Below, piece after piece: positions 43,506-58,416 of a stretch of 64,000 bases of DNA. The stretch's first letter is position 1. The number at the start of each line of letters is the position of its first letter. The notes beneath the pieces were generated by a model. It ran no database searches, was not told the DNA's origin, and worked only from the letters and a program-made list of their open reading frames with translations. The translations under genes and the position numbers were made by a program. This DNA comes from Eledone cirrhosa (Eukaryota), in the NCBI GenBank assembly GCA_964016885.1, contig OZ024741.1, forward strand, positions 166,222,001 through 166,286,000, in the 5' to 3' direction.

Positions 43506-43774
43506 GATATCGTATGTTAATTGACCTTGATTTGCGCCAAAGCTATAAAGACATTTTCGTTTAGTTGTTTGATATTAACACAGGAACCTTTTTCGACGTT
43601 ATATGCTTTGGCAAACGATTATGCAACTTCACAGAAGTACTGACATGCTACAAAATTACGCGAGTACGAGATTACGAAATTACGAGAGTAGGATATTTAA
43701 TTTTTTTTTTTTTTTTTTTTGTTTATTTTACTCTCATCATGATTGTGATGTTTTATTACATTAGGGGCTTAAGG

Positions 43775-46075
43775 AGGGCGGTCGATTGACAGAATCAGTA
43801 GAGCGTCGGACAACATGCTTAGCGGCATAGAGTTATGGCCCTTTACGTCATGAGTTCAAATCCCGCCGAGATTAGCTTTGCCTATCATCCTTATGGTTTC
43901 CAAAAAATAAAGTACCAGTAATGTACTGGCGTTAATTTAATCGACTTCCACCCTCTACAAAAAAGTGTTGGCTTTGTGCCTAAATGAGAAACGATTATAT
44001 GAGTTGCTTATTGCGGCATAGAGTTACGTCCCTTTATCCTTCTGAATTCAAATCCGGCCGAGGTTAGCTTTGCCTTTCATCCTTTCAGAGTTGATAATGT
44101 AATGTACCAGTAACGCACTGGGGTCGATTTAATCGACTTTCCCCTCCCTCTAAAACTGTTGGCCTTGTGCCTAAATCAGAAATCATTATATTAGGTGCTT
44201 ATTGTATAGTATGGACAGTGCCGGATTTACCATTGTGCTTAGGTGTGGTTAAGCACAGGGCCCCGTTGGTCTGAAGGGCCCATCCTCCTGCCAAAAACAT
44301 GTTTTACGATGAATTTTTCAAATGTTTGGGGCCTCATAACTTAACTAGCACAGGGCCTCATTTATCCTAAATCCCGGCACTGAGCATGGATGCTGTGTGT
44401 GAAGGTTCTATTTGAGTTGTGTATTGAAGTGATAATGTCTTTCGGAGAATATGGGATTTTCTTAGCCGAACTTTTTCTTAGGACTATGTTGTGAGCCCTG
44501 GTACAGCTTCTATGTTTTTGTAAATATTTCTTTATCATACCCAGTGTTCTGATTATAATCAGAACACTAATAATAATTATTATTAGAATTGGCAGTATCG
44601 GTAGAGGGTTGGACGCCATGCTTTCTAGCATAGTTACGTCCCTTTACAGTCTGAGTTCAAATCCCGCCGAGGTTAACTTTGCCTTTCATCATTACGGGGT
44701 CGATAAAATAAAGTACCAGTAATGTACTGGATAATTGCTGGCCTTGTGCCTAAAGTATAAACAATTATTGGCATTGCATTTACATTCATGTCCCACATTT
44801 TGTATATTCCGATTTCTTGATCCTTGTATCATTATAAGTTTTGGATTGGCAGTATCCGGTAGAGAGTCAGACACAATGCTTTGTAGCATAGAGTTATGGC
44901 CCTTTACGTTCTGAGTTCAAATCCCGCCGATGCTAGCTTTGCCTTTCATCATTACGGGATCGATAAAATAAAGCACCAGTAATGCACTGGGGTAGATCTA
45001 ATCAACTCCCCCCTCCCTTCAAATTGCTGGCCTTGTGCCTAAAGTAGAAACAATTATAAGTTTTTCCATGTTTTCGAGCAATATTTCGATCAAAAGGGAT
45101 TGCAATGTTTATCAGTGAGCATATTTTTTTTCTGTCCTTGATTATTATGTCCGGTTGGTTTTCCTTGATTTCTTTATCAGCTTATATGAGCGTATCCCAG
45201 ATAATTGTGGTGAGGTCGTTGTCATGTGCCATGTTTAGTACATGTTTTATATTACTTTTTGTTATCTAAATGTATTGCTTCAAAGTACTTTGTCTTCGAT
45301 TTTCTGCTTTATCGTTTCCTTATATATACGTATATAGAAATGTCATTTATTTTCAGGTTTCCTTATTACATTTAACCGTCTTCCTTTGTTTGTTTCTACG
45401 GTGTTGTTGTTATTTTTGTTCTTGTTAAGTTCATTCCTCGGCGAAGTCAGCTTTGCTTTTCATCCATACGGGGTCGATAAAATAAAGCACCAGTAATATA
45501 CTGGGGTCGATTTAATCGACTTTTTTTTCTCCCCTTTCCCTTCAGATTGCTGGCCTTGTGTCAAATGTAGAAACAATTATTATTAATATTGTTGTTATGA
45601 TTTCAATAGCCTTATAATATAGTTGAATTTCCCTTCTCAACCAAGCAAAACTACGTGGGCTTTAGATATGTGTTGATATAAGTCACGAGAAGAACTAGAA
45701 TAACACACTTAGTACGCAGCACGTAGTAAATGCTATTCTTTGTTTTTGTCTTAACTCCTTATGGAGCCGTAGGGGTGCCGTACTGACACACGGCGTTTTT
45801 AGGGCATTTTAAAACCTGGAGGAGCCCATCTCCTCTCTAGATCTGAATACAGCAGATATCTTCCAGAGTAGGATAGAGAGTGAGTGAGAGAATGGAAGTG
45901 AGAAAGAGATATAGAAGAGGAATCGACCCCAGGACTAGACTGGTACTTTTTTTTTTATTGACCTTGAATGGATGAAAGGCGAAGTTGACTTCTACAGGAT
46001 TTGAACTCAGAGAGGCGAAACGAATACCGCAAAGCATTCTATCTGACTTCCCAATGTCTCTGCCAAATCGTTACC
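43775..46075. mobile_element. Cluster of SINE family A copies (43775-43995, 44010-44187, 44587-44768, 44842-45056, 45436-45580 on +; 45920-46075 on -)
   Basis: Repeated B-box and/or core motifs. Confidence 0.85.
44216..44382. mobile_element. hAT-type MITE
   Basis: TIRs CAGTGCCGGATTTA / TAAATCCCGGCACTG; 8-bp TSD AGTATGGA / AGCATGGA. Confidence 0.9.
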
Positions 46076-46225
46076 TAAATGTTACTCTTACTACTAGGTT
46101 AATCCAACACTGCTGCTACTCTAGCTTCTAGGTGTTGTAACATCTAGCCATATATATGAGGAAAGACCCTCTTTGGTTACGAATGATTATGGTATTCGCA
46201 CTTAGAACGTTTCCCTCCAAGGACG

Positions 46226-47346
46226 AACACCACCACCACCACAATCACCATGACGACGACGACGACCACCACCACCACCACCACCACCACCATCACGAAA
46301 ACTATCATCAGCACCACTACCAACAACACAACCATCGCCAACATCACCACACAGCAATCATCACCATCACCGCCATCACCACCATCACCACAATCACCAC
46401 CACCACCACAACCACAACATCCACCACCATCACCACTACAAACAACGACAACTCCCCACTATTATCACCCCTCCCCCACCACTATCACCATCATCACCAC
46501 CACCACCGTTACCACGACCACCAACTACACCACTACCTCCAGCTACGCCACCATCACCACCACCACTAACACCACCGCCATCACCACCACCACCGCTATC
46601 AGCTACAGCATTACTACCACCACCACAACATCCACCACTACCATCATCACCACCACCATAAGCTACAACACTATTACCACCACCACCACCACTACCATTA
46701 CCACAACATCCACCACTACCATCATCACCACCACTACCACTACCATTTCCACCACCAATAACAACACCACCGCCATCAGCTACAACTACTACTACCACCA
46801 CCACCACCATTACCACCACCACCACCACTACCAACACCGCCATCAGATACACCACCACCACCACCACCACACCATCAACACCACCATCAACACCGCCACC
46901 ATCACCACCAACGCCGCCATCAACTACACCACCAACACACCATCAACACCACCATCAACACCACCACCATCACCACCAACACCGCCATCAGATACACCAC
47001 CACCACCACCACCACCACCACCACACCATCAACACCACCATCAACACCACCACCACCACCATCACCACCAACACCGCCATCAGCTACACCACCACCACTA
47101 CACCATCAATACCACCATCAACACCACCACCATCACCACCAACACCGCCAACAGCTACACCACCAACACCACCACCACCACCACCACACCATCACCACCA
47201 CCACCACCACACCATCAACACCACCATCAACACCACCACCATCATCACCACCAACACCGCCATCAGCTACACCATCACCACCATCACCACCACCACCACC
47301 ACCACCACCACCACCACCACCACCACCACCACAACAACAACAACAA
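46226..47346. repeat. Degenerate (CAC/CAT/CAA)n trinucleotide tract
   Basis: Read directly. Confidence 0.92.
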
Positions 47347-47555
47347 GATAACTATCCAATTAACCGCCGCTCTATTTCATCGGTAGCAATAAAAAGATTA
47401 AAAGAAATAACAGCCAAAATTGAAACCCGGCTTTGATTAAGTCAGAGACATCGGTTTGATCTGATTGATGGATAAGGTAGCAGGGAGAGGGAGAGGGGTG
47501 TCATTTGGTTGGTTGGTTGGTCTGATATGGTAGTGTTTGATTGGTTGATTAGTTA

Positions 47556-47558
<3 letters not shown>

Positions 47559-47633
<75 letters not shown>

Positions 47634-48137
47634 CAAAGAGGGAACGAGAGCGAGACAAAGTGAGAAAGAGAGAAAGTGAGAGAAAGAGAGAAAGTGAGAG
47701 AAAGAAAATGACAGAAAGAGAAAGAGAGAGACAAAGTGAGAAGAAGAAAGAGAGAGAGAGAGAAACGAGAGAAAGAGAGAGAGGGAGAGAGAGAGAGAGA
47801 AACAGAGTGATAGATAGATAGAGATAGAGATAGAGAGAGAGTGAGAGAGAGAGAGAGAAAGAAAGATACAGATTAATGCATAGATAGATAGATAAAGAGA
47901 GAGAAAGAGAGAGAGAGGGAGAGAGCGGAAGAGAGAGAGAGAGAGAGAGAGAACGAGAGAATGGGAGAGCGGAAGAGAGAGAGAGTGAGAGAGCGGAAGA
48001 GAGAGAGAGAGAGCGGAAGAGAGAGAGAGTGAGAGAGAGAGAGAGAAATAGTAAAAGAGAGACAGAGAGTAACAGGTAGCGAGAGAGAGAGAGAATGAGA
48101 GAGTGAGAGAGCGAAAGAGAGAGAGTGAGAGAGCGGA

Positions 48138-48171
<34 letters not shown>

Positions 48172-48248
48172 TGAGAGAGAGAGAGAGAGAGAGAGGCAAA
48201 GATAGGGCGGGGGGCGCGGAAGAGAGAGAGAGAGTGAGGGAGAGCGGA

Positions 48249-48288
<40 letters not shown>

Positions 48289-48961
48289 CGCGCGGCAAAA
48301 AAGAGAGAGGAGGGAGAAAAAGAGAGAGAGCGGGAGAGAGAGAGAGACCGAGAAAGAGCGAGAGAGAGAGAGTGTGAGAGAGGGAGAGAGGGCACAGTAA
48401 CTGTTTCGTTATCCTCTGAAGTTAGTCTAAAATGACGGCGTAATTAACTGTGTCATTAAGACCTAAAGATGTATGTGTGTGAATTTGTGTAGCAGTGTGT
48501 GTGTGTGTGTGTGAACCTGTGTAGCAGTGTGTGTGTGAATCTGAGTGTGTATGTATGTGTGTGAACTTGTGTATGTATGTGTGTGAACTTGAGTATGTAT
48601 GTGTGTGAATCTGTGTATGTATGTATGTGAATCTGAGTGTGTATGTATGTGTGTGCACTTGTGTATGTATGTGTGTGAACTTGAGTATGTATGTGTGTGA
48701 ATCTGTGTATGTATGTATGTGAATCTGAGTGTGTATGTATGTGTGTGTGTGTGAATCTGAGTATGTATGTGTGTGAACCTGTGTATGTGTGTGAATCTGT
48801 GTAGCAGTGTGTGTGTGAATCTGTGTAGCAGTCTGTGTGTGTTAGATCAATCATGTGTGTGTCTACATTTCTGTAGGGATGCATGTATGTATATACGTGT
48901 GTATGTATGTATGTATATACGTGTGTATGTATGTATGTATGTATGCATGTATGTATGTATG
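47559..48961. repeat. (GA)n tract then TG-rich minisatellite and (TATG)n
   Basis: Read directly. Confidence 0.92.
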
Positions 48962-51900
48962 TTCTGGTTTTATAATTTCACAAATGTTTTCCCAATAAAG
49001 AGAGAGAGTCGGTTTCTAACATAGACACAAGACTCTCATTAGAATTTACACATCAACTAGGTAGATTATGCATGCATGCATGTGTAGATATGGTTGTGTA
49101 TGTTTTGAGTTGTATGTGTGCATGTATGTATGCTTTGTATCTGTACATGTGTATATGCAGTTCTTAGATGCAAAATTTTTGGAATGTTTTACATATTTTT
49201 ACTGTTCCATTAATGGATTGTACTTGTAATTTCTTAACTAGTCGTGTTCTTTCTGTTTCTGTGAAGCCCAGCTTCTCAAGATTTGTATTGAGGCAGTTAC
49301 TAACATACCCCAGTGCCCCAATAATCACAGGCATAAATCTGAAGGTGTAGTTAGGGTGGAGTATCTGCATAAATATTCTCCTTTTCGCTAATCTTTGATA
49401 TTATATTGGCATCTGCTGGGCAGCTAATTTCCACTACTGTCCCATATCATAATATCTGGTCTATTATGCCTGCATTTTATTGGGGTTTTTACTGGAACAT
49501 TCCACCAGTACTCTTTCATATTATGTACATGGATGTCTTCCACATTGCTGTAGCTTTTAATGTGTTTATTATGGGGGCTATCTTTTTTACGAACTGCATT
49601 GTACAGTGTTTTGGCCACTACATCATGCCTCATAGGTAGATAGTACCAAGATGACATTTTTGGACACCTGCTGATGACATGGGTGATATCCTCGATGTTA
49701 GTTCTGCAGAGTCTGCACTTGTTTTCACATCTAGGCGTTTTGCCTGCATCCCTATCTCTTTTGTGAATCAGGTATTTCGTATTAATCTCCTGTTCTTGGA
49801 TTGCAAAAGCATATCCTTCAAAGTGGGAGCCAATATAGCGGTTGTTGGTCCAAGGTAGACTACTTTCCTTATCTATATTACTCTCACTCTGGAGCTTCCT
49901 GGCAACATATCCATGCAGGATTTTTTGCTGATAAGCATGTAGTTTTACATCCATGAATTCACTGCGATACTGCTGAGCAGCTTCCCTGGGTGTGAGTTTT
50001 TGATTATCACACAGGGAATATCTCTCGAGGAGTTCCTTCCCAACTCTCATGATCTTATCTGATTCATGCAGATAGACTTGCTCGAGAAACAGGATCCTAC
50101 GCTTCGAGGTTCGTAGAAGTCGGAGAGATATGATGCGACATTCAAATGCTGTCTGGACTGATGTTAGGCCTCTGCCTCCCTGCTTACGTTTCAAGTAAAG
50201 TCGGTCTATGTCACTGTTGATGTGGAAGTTTCCGGTGTTGCTTAGTATTTTTCGATTTCCAACATCAACTGCTCGGATTTCGTCTATCGTCCAATTGAGT
50301 ATTCAAAACGTTGGTGTTAGGACAGGCACAACAAACACATTGTGAGCCAGTGTTTTGTTTTGCGCGGAGAGTTCCGATGACCAAATCTTTCTTAATCGGG
50401 TGTAGTATTCCCTGGTTACGCGTTCCTTATTACAGATACCATTATAGGATATGTTCTCATCTATCCCCAGGTATCTGTAGCAGTCCTCATCAGATATCGG
50501 TGAAACAGTTAGGCCATTGATGACAATGTTGCCAGATTGGGTTGTTGTTTTTCCCCGTTTTACAGTCATGTATGAGCATTTATCTTGGCCAAGTTCCATT
50601 CCTATATCCTTTGAGAACGTTGTAACCAGGTCAAGATTTTTCTTCATCCCATCCATGTTCTTAGCATAGAGTTTCAGATCGTCCACAAAAAAATGATGGG
50701 TTAGGTTCGTATTTCTGTCCTCCTGTGAGCCAATGATGTATCCCTCACATTCCTGGAGCAGAAAGGACAAGGAGTTTAATGACAAGATGAATAATATCAC
50801 AGAGAGACTGTCCCCCTGAAATATACACCTGCGATATTTTATTTTATCAGTGAAAATAGAGTCCTCCCCCTCTGTCTTTAACCTTAGGATAGTAGCCCAA
50901 GAAGAAGACAGCCTCTCTATGGATCTGACAATAATGTCTGGATTTTTAGCAAGCTGGAGGGCTTCTATCATCCAAGTGTGGGGAACAGAATCGAAAGCTT
51001 TCCTGTAGTCCAACCAGACTGTAGCCATATTCCTCCTAAGTTGTCGCACCTCCGACATCGCAGTTTTTTTTTATTAGGCGTTGTTGAGCACATCCCCAAA
51101 GCCCTTTCTTTCCAGCTGCTTGTTCACCTTTGATGATGTTATTATTTTCACAGTGATCTTGGAGGAATAGGTTCAGGCAGGCTGTATACATCTTATACAT
51201 CAGGTTCTGGCATGCAATGGGTCGGTAGTTTTTTGCCAAGTGGGTGTCTTTGTTCTTGGGGACCAGTAATGTTTGTGCTAATGTCAACCATTCTGGTATA
51301 AGTGTATCTCCCTTAAGAACTTGTTGGTAGAGGTCAGTAAGATACCTCCGTTAGAATATCAGTTTTTTGTACCAGTAGCCGACAATCATGTCTCTTCCTG
51401 GTGTTTTCTTATCTTGGAGTTTTCCTATCACAGTCTCAAGGGTACCCTAACTTATTTCGTATGTTTTTGTTGTAGTGTAGGAGCAATAGTTCTTTCGGAT
51501 TTCTCTTAGCCACAATGCATCTTGGTTGAAATTCTTCTTTTCACCCCATATTTTTCTCCAAAAGGAATCTATGTCTCTCTGGAATGGGGCCTCACTGACA
51601 CGTATTATTTTGTTCTTCATATCTCTATAGACTGATTTTTGGTTTCGTCTGAATCTTTTATTAAGCACTTTTCTCTCATCTACCTTCTTCAGGTATCGGC
51701 GTTTTTCGCTAACAGCTCTCAATTCTTGTTTGAGGGTGATCAGCTTATATTGAAGTGTTCTGGTTCTACTGTTACCAAACATCGTCTCTATTTTATTTTT
51801 CACTCTTTGTTGGAGAGGAGTGAGGTTTTTTTGTGTTTGTTTGCATGTAAGGAGCATTGTCACATATCCTATGGTTTTTTGTAGGTCAGCAATCTTTTTT

Positions 51901-52954
51901 TTTACTTTAGTTATATATGATGGTATTTTTTGTGGTGCTTTGTTCTTGTTAATATCTCTATCACCAAGATAATGCTTCACTGTCGTTGCTAAGGCATATA
52001 AACAGGCGTTGATTTGCCAAAATGTTGAGGTTTTTATCTGTCGTAAATAATTATCCCTATTTCGTCAATAACACGTAATATTTCATTATTTGTTTTTTTT
52101 TTTTTTTTATTAAACATTGTCGTTTTAACACGTTCAGCAAGAGAGATATTTATACATGAATTAATTTCTCTCTGGAAGATTTCGTTGAGGGAAATTTTCA
52201 ATTGTTTATACTTTTGATTATTATCATTATCGATAGTATTTTCCACAACAGTCGAGGTAGACTCGGATGGTACACGTGGTGTCAAGTTTCTTCGATTATT
52301 ATTATTATTTCTTCGATTATTATTATTATCGATAGTGTTTTCCCCAGCATTCGAGGTAGACTTAGATGGTACAGGTGGTGTCAAGTTTCTTACAGGCATA
52401 GTTGTTTCAAAGCGCTGTTCGACCTGGCTGCTAGGAAGTCTAGTAGCATGGCGACCTGTAGCACGTGTTGTTGATAACATGTTTGTTGTGGGGGACTTAC
52501 AATTAATATTATTTATCTTATTTTTACGTTCAACAAACGTCGCTTGTTGGCGTAATTGTTTCGCTGTGAAATAATTTAGCTCTGGGTCCATTTCGTCCCA
52601 GTGTAGCTTCATTCTGTTCATATAGTCAATGGAGGGATTATTTTTTGCCATTTTATAACAATTAAATAAATCATTATTATGTTCGCAACTCCAAGAGAAA
52701 TGCGATTTATAATTTCGGTTTCTTCTGTAGCTACAACTGAATTCTGTTGTTGATGTGTTCAGCCATGCTGTTTGTAGCAAATCCTTGTAAAATGAATTAT
52801 GTATTTAGTCGGATATCTCTACGAATTCGAATAGTTAGAAGAATATCCAGTTATTCAACATGACTGTAGTTGTGGCATTACTGTCGGAGATAGTATTCAT
52901 CTTAAATTTAATAGATAATCTCCCACGCCAAAATATGCAACTGATCGCGTTGAC
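48962..52954 (-). mobile_element. R4/Dong-like non-LTR retrotransposon 1, near full-length, decayed
   Basis: NYRPIAC, WLDYRKAFDSVPH.W, IFQGDSLS, FVDDLKLY, YRYLG, GGRGL, CRLC....E..THVISRC, RHD, RPD. Confidence 0.92.
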
Positions 52955-52976
52955 TGTATGTATGTATGTATGTATG

Positions 52977-55900
52977 TTATCTCTTTCTCTTAATTTCGAG
53001 TATATTTTTGATCGGCCACCTTCCTGGTGGCAAGGTTGTAAAAGAAAAGAAATTGTCATCCCTTGAATCGCAAGAATGTTTTGCAAATTTTGAAGGTGCC
53101 AGCTATTGCAGCCATTTGTAGACTATGAATTAGGGAGCTGCGCTCTTTGTCCGCAAATCCAAGTTCGGTCATACTTTGGTCCAAGCGGGTTGGTATATAA
53201 CCCGTAGCACCAATAATGATGGGTATGAAGCTAAAGATGTATCTTGGATACTGGATTTGTAAACTCCTCATCAATGATCCGTAGATGTCCTCCTTCTCCT
53301 GTATTTTTCTGACAACGTTTACATCAAGTGGGCAGATGATCTCCACAACAGAACACGTTTTCAATGTGTGGTCCCAAACAACAATATCAGGCCGCTTGAG
53401 CTTTAATTTGGTGGCAGTTTTTATTTTCAGGTTCCACCAGTATTCTTTAGTGCCATCTGTCTCAATATATTCTTCCTCGTTTGTTTTTAATTTTGTTTTC
53501 CGAAGTGCGTTCCAGATGGTTCTAGCTATCCCATCGTGTCTCATGGGGAGGTAGTAGCGAGATGACATTCTTTCGCAGCCGGCAACAATGTGGCTTACAT
53601 CTTCGATCTTTGTTTTACATAGCCTGCATTTATTTCAGCTGATAACCCTCCTCTTTTGTGCAGCAGATATTTGGTAGGGAGTTCTTGTTCTTGTATTGCA
53701 TAGAGATACCCCTCAAGGTGTGATGTCATAAACTTGTCGGAACTCCATGCCAGGCTTTTTGAGTGGTTTATCCCCTCTATGGTATGTGTTTTACGTCTCA
53801 AGTATCCATGCACAACATTTTCTGTAAATTGGTCACTTTTTTTTTCTTGTTTGAACATTGAATAGGATCTTCCGATTTCTCTGGGGGAGTGATTTATATC
53901 AGGCTTTATTCCATATCTCTTCTCCAGATCAGTGGCTATCCTAATGATTTCTTTTCTTCATGCTCATAAACCTGGGCAAGATGGTTGCCAACCTTTTTCC
54001 TCTGTTGAAGATGTTGCTTCAGTGTTACTATCCGGGTCTCATATGATGTTAATATCGATTTTAGACCCCGGCCACCTTCCATGCGTGAGAAGTATAGCCT
54101 ATCCACATCACCATTGATGTTAAAGTTTCCAGTAACACTGAGAAGTTTGCGAGTTCTAACATCCATCTCACTTAGTTCTTGCAATGACCAGTTCAGCATG
54201 CCAAATGTTGGCGTTAGAATTGGTACAGCATAAGTATTGTGGGCAATGTATTTGTTGTACGCTGACAGTTCTGATGACCATATTTTTTTTACTCTTCTGA
54301 GGTATTCAGTTCTGGTTCTCTCCTTATTTATGGGTCCATCATATCTGACATTCTCATCCTGTCCAAGATATCTGTAGTTGTCACCTGACTGTAGAGGTTG
54401 TATTCTCAGGCCGTTTATCTCTAGATTTTTAGAGGAGGGCACAGCTCTTCCACCTTTTACTGCCAAATATGCACACTTGGACTCACGAAATTTCATTTCG
54501 ATGTCTGTTGAAAATTGTGTAATGAGATCCAATTGTTTCTTGATGTCATTGATATTTGGCCCATACAACTTCAGGTCATCAACAAAGAAAAGATGGGAGA
54601 TACTTCTGGACCCATTTCTTTGTCCACCTTGTTTCCTGAGTAGGTAAGATAGTGGATTTAGTGAGAGAACGAAGAATAGCACTGACAAGCTATCACCCTG
54701 AAAGATGTCCCTCTGGTAATTTATCTTATCAGTCTTAATAGCAAGTGCGATTTGGCTATTTTTGTGAATGAGGAGAGTAGTGGCAGTTGATAACCATCTG
54801 GGCAGTTCTTGTGTGTCTTTAATGGTTTCTGTAAACAGCCGTATGAGATTTTGCCGATAGAAAGTTAAATTCTTCAACCAGTATCCTGTTATGAGGTCTG
54901 GGCCTGGTGATTTCCTATTAGACATTTTCTGTAGAGCTGTTTCCAGTATTGACCCATCTATGTCATATTGTTTTGTCTGGACATGTTGGCATTAGTCCTG
55001 TTCCAGTTCTTTTAGCCATTTAGTTTGTCTGTTGAATCCGTCATCTGTTTCCCATACAGACCTCCAATAGCTCTTAACCTGTTCTTTTGAAGGGGTGTCA
55101 TTTACAGAGATTGAGCTTTTGCCACCGAAGCTGCGATAAACTGATTTAGGATCTCTAGCAAACAATCTATTTAGCACTTGTCGTTTATGTGCTATTGACT
55201 TATAATTTATTCTTTCTGTTGTAGCTGTGAGTTGTTGTTTCAACTGGTGTAATTTGGAGTTTAAAGTTTTAAATTTTGTATCTCCAAATCGTCTCTCTAA
55301 TTTTTTTCTTACGTCTTCCTGGTGTCGTGTGAAGTTGCTCTCTATGTTGCATTTCATAACGACTGCGATATGTGAGATACTTCGTCTCAGGGAAAAAATT
55401 TTGCTTTTTAAATTCGCATCCACGCTGGTTCAGGCTTTTTATTTGTATCTTGATTACGTGGTTTTAGATGATTTTTATATGATAGCAATGCGACAGCTGA
55501 ATCATATAACAAAATATTAAGCATTTCAAATGTTGTTTCTACACCTTTGGATCGTATAGCCTTCAGATAATTGTCAGCTATTTCGTTCACCGCTTCAATT
55601 CCAATTTAGTGGGTTCTTTACTGATTCTGGTGTTGTATGGTCTGTCACTCACATTAAGGCTGTGTATCTCTTGAAACATGTCCCATATCACTTGTAAGGT
55701 GTCCACAAGTTTTTAGTGTTCTGTTTGTACAGTAGAGTTATGAATTTCAGCTTCGTTGTTATAGTGGTGACAATTACTACTAGAGTTAGCTGACCATTGT
55801 CTCTGTTCTTCAGTGGAAGTGGGTTGGATTTCAGCAAAATTGTTGGTGAGCTGTTCACTGTTAGATTTAGCTGGCCATTCTCTTTGTCTGTCAGTGGAGG

Positions 55901-56780
55901 TGGGGTGGTTGTCTACAAGGGCTGTATTTGTAGTATCACTCAATTCCGTTAGATGTATCAATTTACATCTAATGATACGTTTTGCCTGTTCATTTAAATG
56001 CTTTGGAGAAAAGTCTAATTCTGGGTGTTTGGAGTTCCATAAAGATTTTAGCCTTTGCAAAACCGAACTTTTGGGGTTCAGATTGTTTGTATGCTTCATA
56101 TAATTCTTTGTTAAGCTCGTAGCTCCACTGTATACAACGGTTGTAGTTGCGATTTGATGGAAGGAGACTTGTACGTTTTGCCATGATGAGTTCGTCTATT
56201 CACTAATATTTTGTATTTATTTTTCAAAATAGTCGATGATCTTCTTTAAAAGTTTCGACAAAGTTCTGTCAGAATCAAATTTAAAGTTATTCACAGCTTG
56301 GGTAATATTTCTTTTCAGTTAGTTTTTAATTTTACAACTGTGTTTTAAACGTTGTTCTTGAATCGTTTGAATCGAGAACAAAAAGAACCGTTACTTAGTA
56401 TATTCCTTTATGAATGTAATATAATATAACAATGCTGTATTTATGTTAAAGTTTATGTATCATTCATATAAATAGGTGTTCTACAACATATTCACAACAC
56501 ATACGAAAACGTTACTTGCATATTTCTTTACAAATGTAATATAACAACGTTTCATTTATATGTTAAAGTGTATGTATCGTTCATATATCATAAGTGTGTA
56601 TCGTTCATATAAATAGGTGTTTTACAACACACTTACAGTTCAAACTCTTATGTAGAATTATTGTATGTAATCTTACCGCGTAATGTAGCTCAACTTTTTC
56701 CAATATATGGTATGTTGCCTTCATGTAAGCCGTAATTACACACGTCCGATTATCGGACACTGACCACAACGGTCGCCATT
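52977..56780 (-). mobile_element. R4/Dong-like non-LTR retrotransposon 2, decayed, with deletion inside RT
   Basis: KSPGPD, IFQGDSLS, FVDDLKLY, YRYLG, GGRGL, RHD, RPDIVVWD, PIIIGATG. The YRPI-KAFDS segment is absent. 5' boundary inferred from the (TATG)n flank. Confidence 0.9.
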
Positions 56781-56869
56781 GGTATGTATGTATGTATGTA
56801 TGTATGTATGTATGTATGTATGTATGTATGTATGTATGTATGTATGTATGTATGTATGTATGTATGTAT

Positions 56870-58357
56870 TGCATTCAGGAATTGCGAGCATTGTGTTTAC
56901 ATCCGATATCGAACCGCAGGCAGCATATTTAACATCAGGCGCTTTGCTGCAAAGACAAAAGTATTTACATCAATCATCAGAGACCTCTTGTATGCAGATG
57001 ATTGCGATCTTGTAGCGCACACTAGAGAGTGATATGCAGTACATTTTGAATGCATTTTCTGACGCTTGCACTGCCCTAGTATTGACTGTCAGTCTCAAGA
57101 AAACCGTCGTCATGTACCAACCTGGTCTGGTAAGCAGTACAGTGAACCAAATATCTATGTGTATGCTAAACGACTTGGAGTGGTTGATCAGTTTGTCTAC
57201 CTGGGAAGCACTGTCAATCGATACAATAACCTTGATAGTGAAATCTCACTTAGGATTAGGAAAGCAAGTGATGCTTTCGGAAAGCTAGAAAGGCGACTCT
57301 GGGGTCGGCGAGACATACGCAAGAAGACAAAGGTAAAGGTGTACAAGGCATGTGTGCTCTCTTCTTTTCTTTATGCCTGCGAGACCTGGGTCACATATCG
57401 ACACCACCTTAAGAAATTGGAGCGTTTCCATCAGATGTGTCTCAGACGGATCCATGGCGTTCACTGGAGGGACCACATCAGTGATGTCGAGATTTTGGAA
57501 AGCTCTATGTGTGACAGTATAGAAGCTCTTGTGCTTAAGCAACGACTCCGTTGGAGTGGTCACCTTGCCAGGATGAAGTATTCTAGAATAAAAAAAACAA
57601 CTCTTTTATGGAGAGTTAGTTAAAGGAAAACGACCACCACATAAACCAAAAAAGAGTTATAAGGATTCCTTGAAAGCCTCTTTGAAAGACGCTAACATCT
57701 CTGCTGATACATGGGAAAATATTGCTGCTGATCGTAATAAATGGAGAGACTGTATATGAGGAAAAAGTTGCCTTTGAAGCATCTCGAATCGCATACGAGA
57801 AAGTCAAGCGGGATGTGAGGAAGGGCATTGCTGTTTCACTTCCAGACGGCGAGGGTCCTCCTATGGTGCTGACATGCAGCGTCTGTGCGAGACTCTGCCT
57901 AAGCAAAGCTGGACTCGAAAGTCATCTTCGCAGTCACAAAGTAAAACCAGTGGTTGACTACCAGGCTGCTGTTGGAGATGCTACTCATCATGCTTGCCAA
58001 GCATGTGGTAGAGAATGTAAATCAGCAGGAGGGCTCAAACGACATGCAAAAGTACATGAACTCCAACCACAGCCGGCTATTCCCAGTGAATGTTTTGGTT
58101 GCCGACTCTGTGCAAGACATTTTAGATCATTGGCTGGGCTAAAAAGCCACATTCGATCGCAGCGCTGTTAGTTGATGTCGTATGTGTATAGATATCTTTA
58201 TGTGTGTGCGTGTGTGTGTGTATATATATATGTATATTATTATTGTTGTTGTTGTCGTTATTATTATTGTTGTTATTATTATTATTATTGTTATTAATAT
58301 ATATATTTTTTTTTTCTCGTGCAATGGCCATACTCGATAACGAGGGGGCAGCCATCA
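56870..58357 (+). mobile_element. RTE (BovB-like) LINE, 5'-truncated, three C2H2 fingers
   Basis: LLYADDC, FVYLGS, RLRWSGH, CSVC..SKAGLESH, CQAC..GLKRH, CRLC..SLAGLKSH; tail GCAGCCATC(ATGT)n. Confidence 0.92.
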
Positions 58358-58416
58358 TGTATGTATGTATGTATGTATGTATGTATGTATGTATGTATGT
58401 ATGTATGTATGTATGT

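Noticed and set aside
46156-47386. His/Thr/Pro-rich protein ORFs
   Set aside because: Translations of a degenerate CAC trinucleotide tract that is open in several frames.
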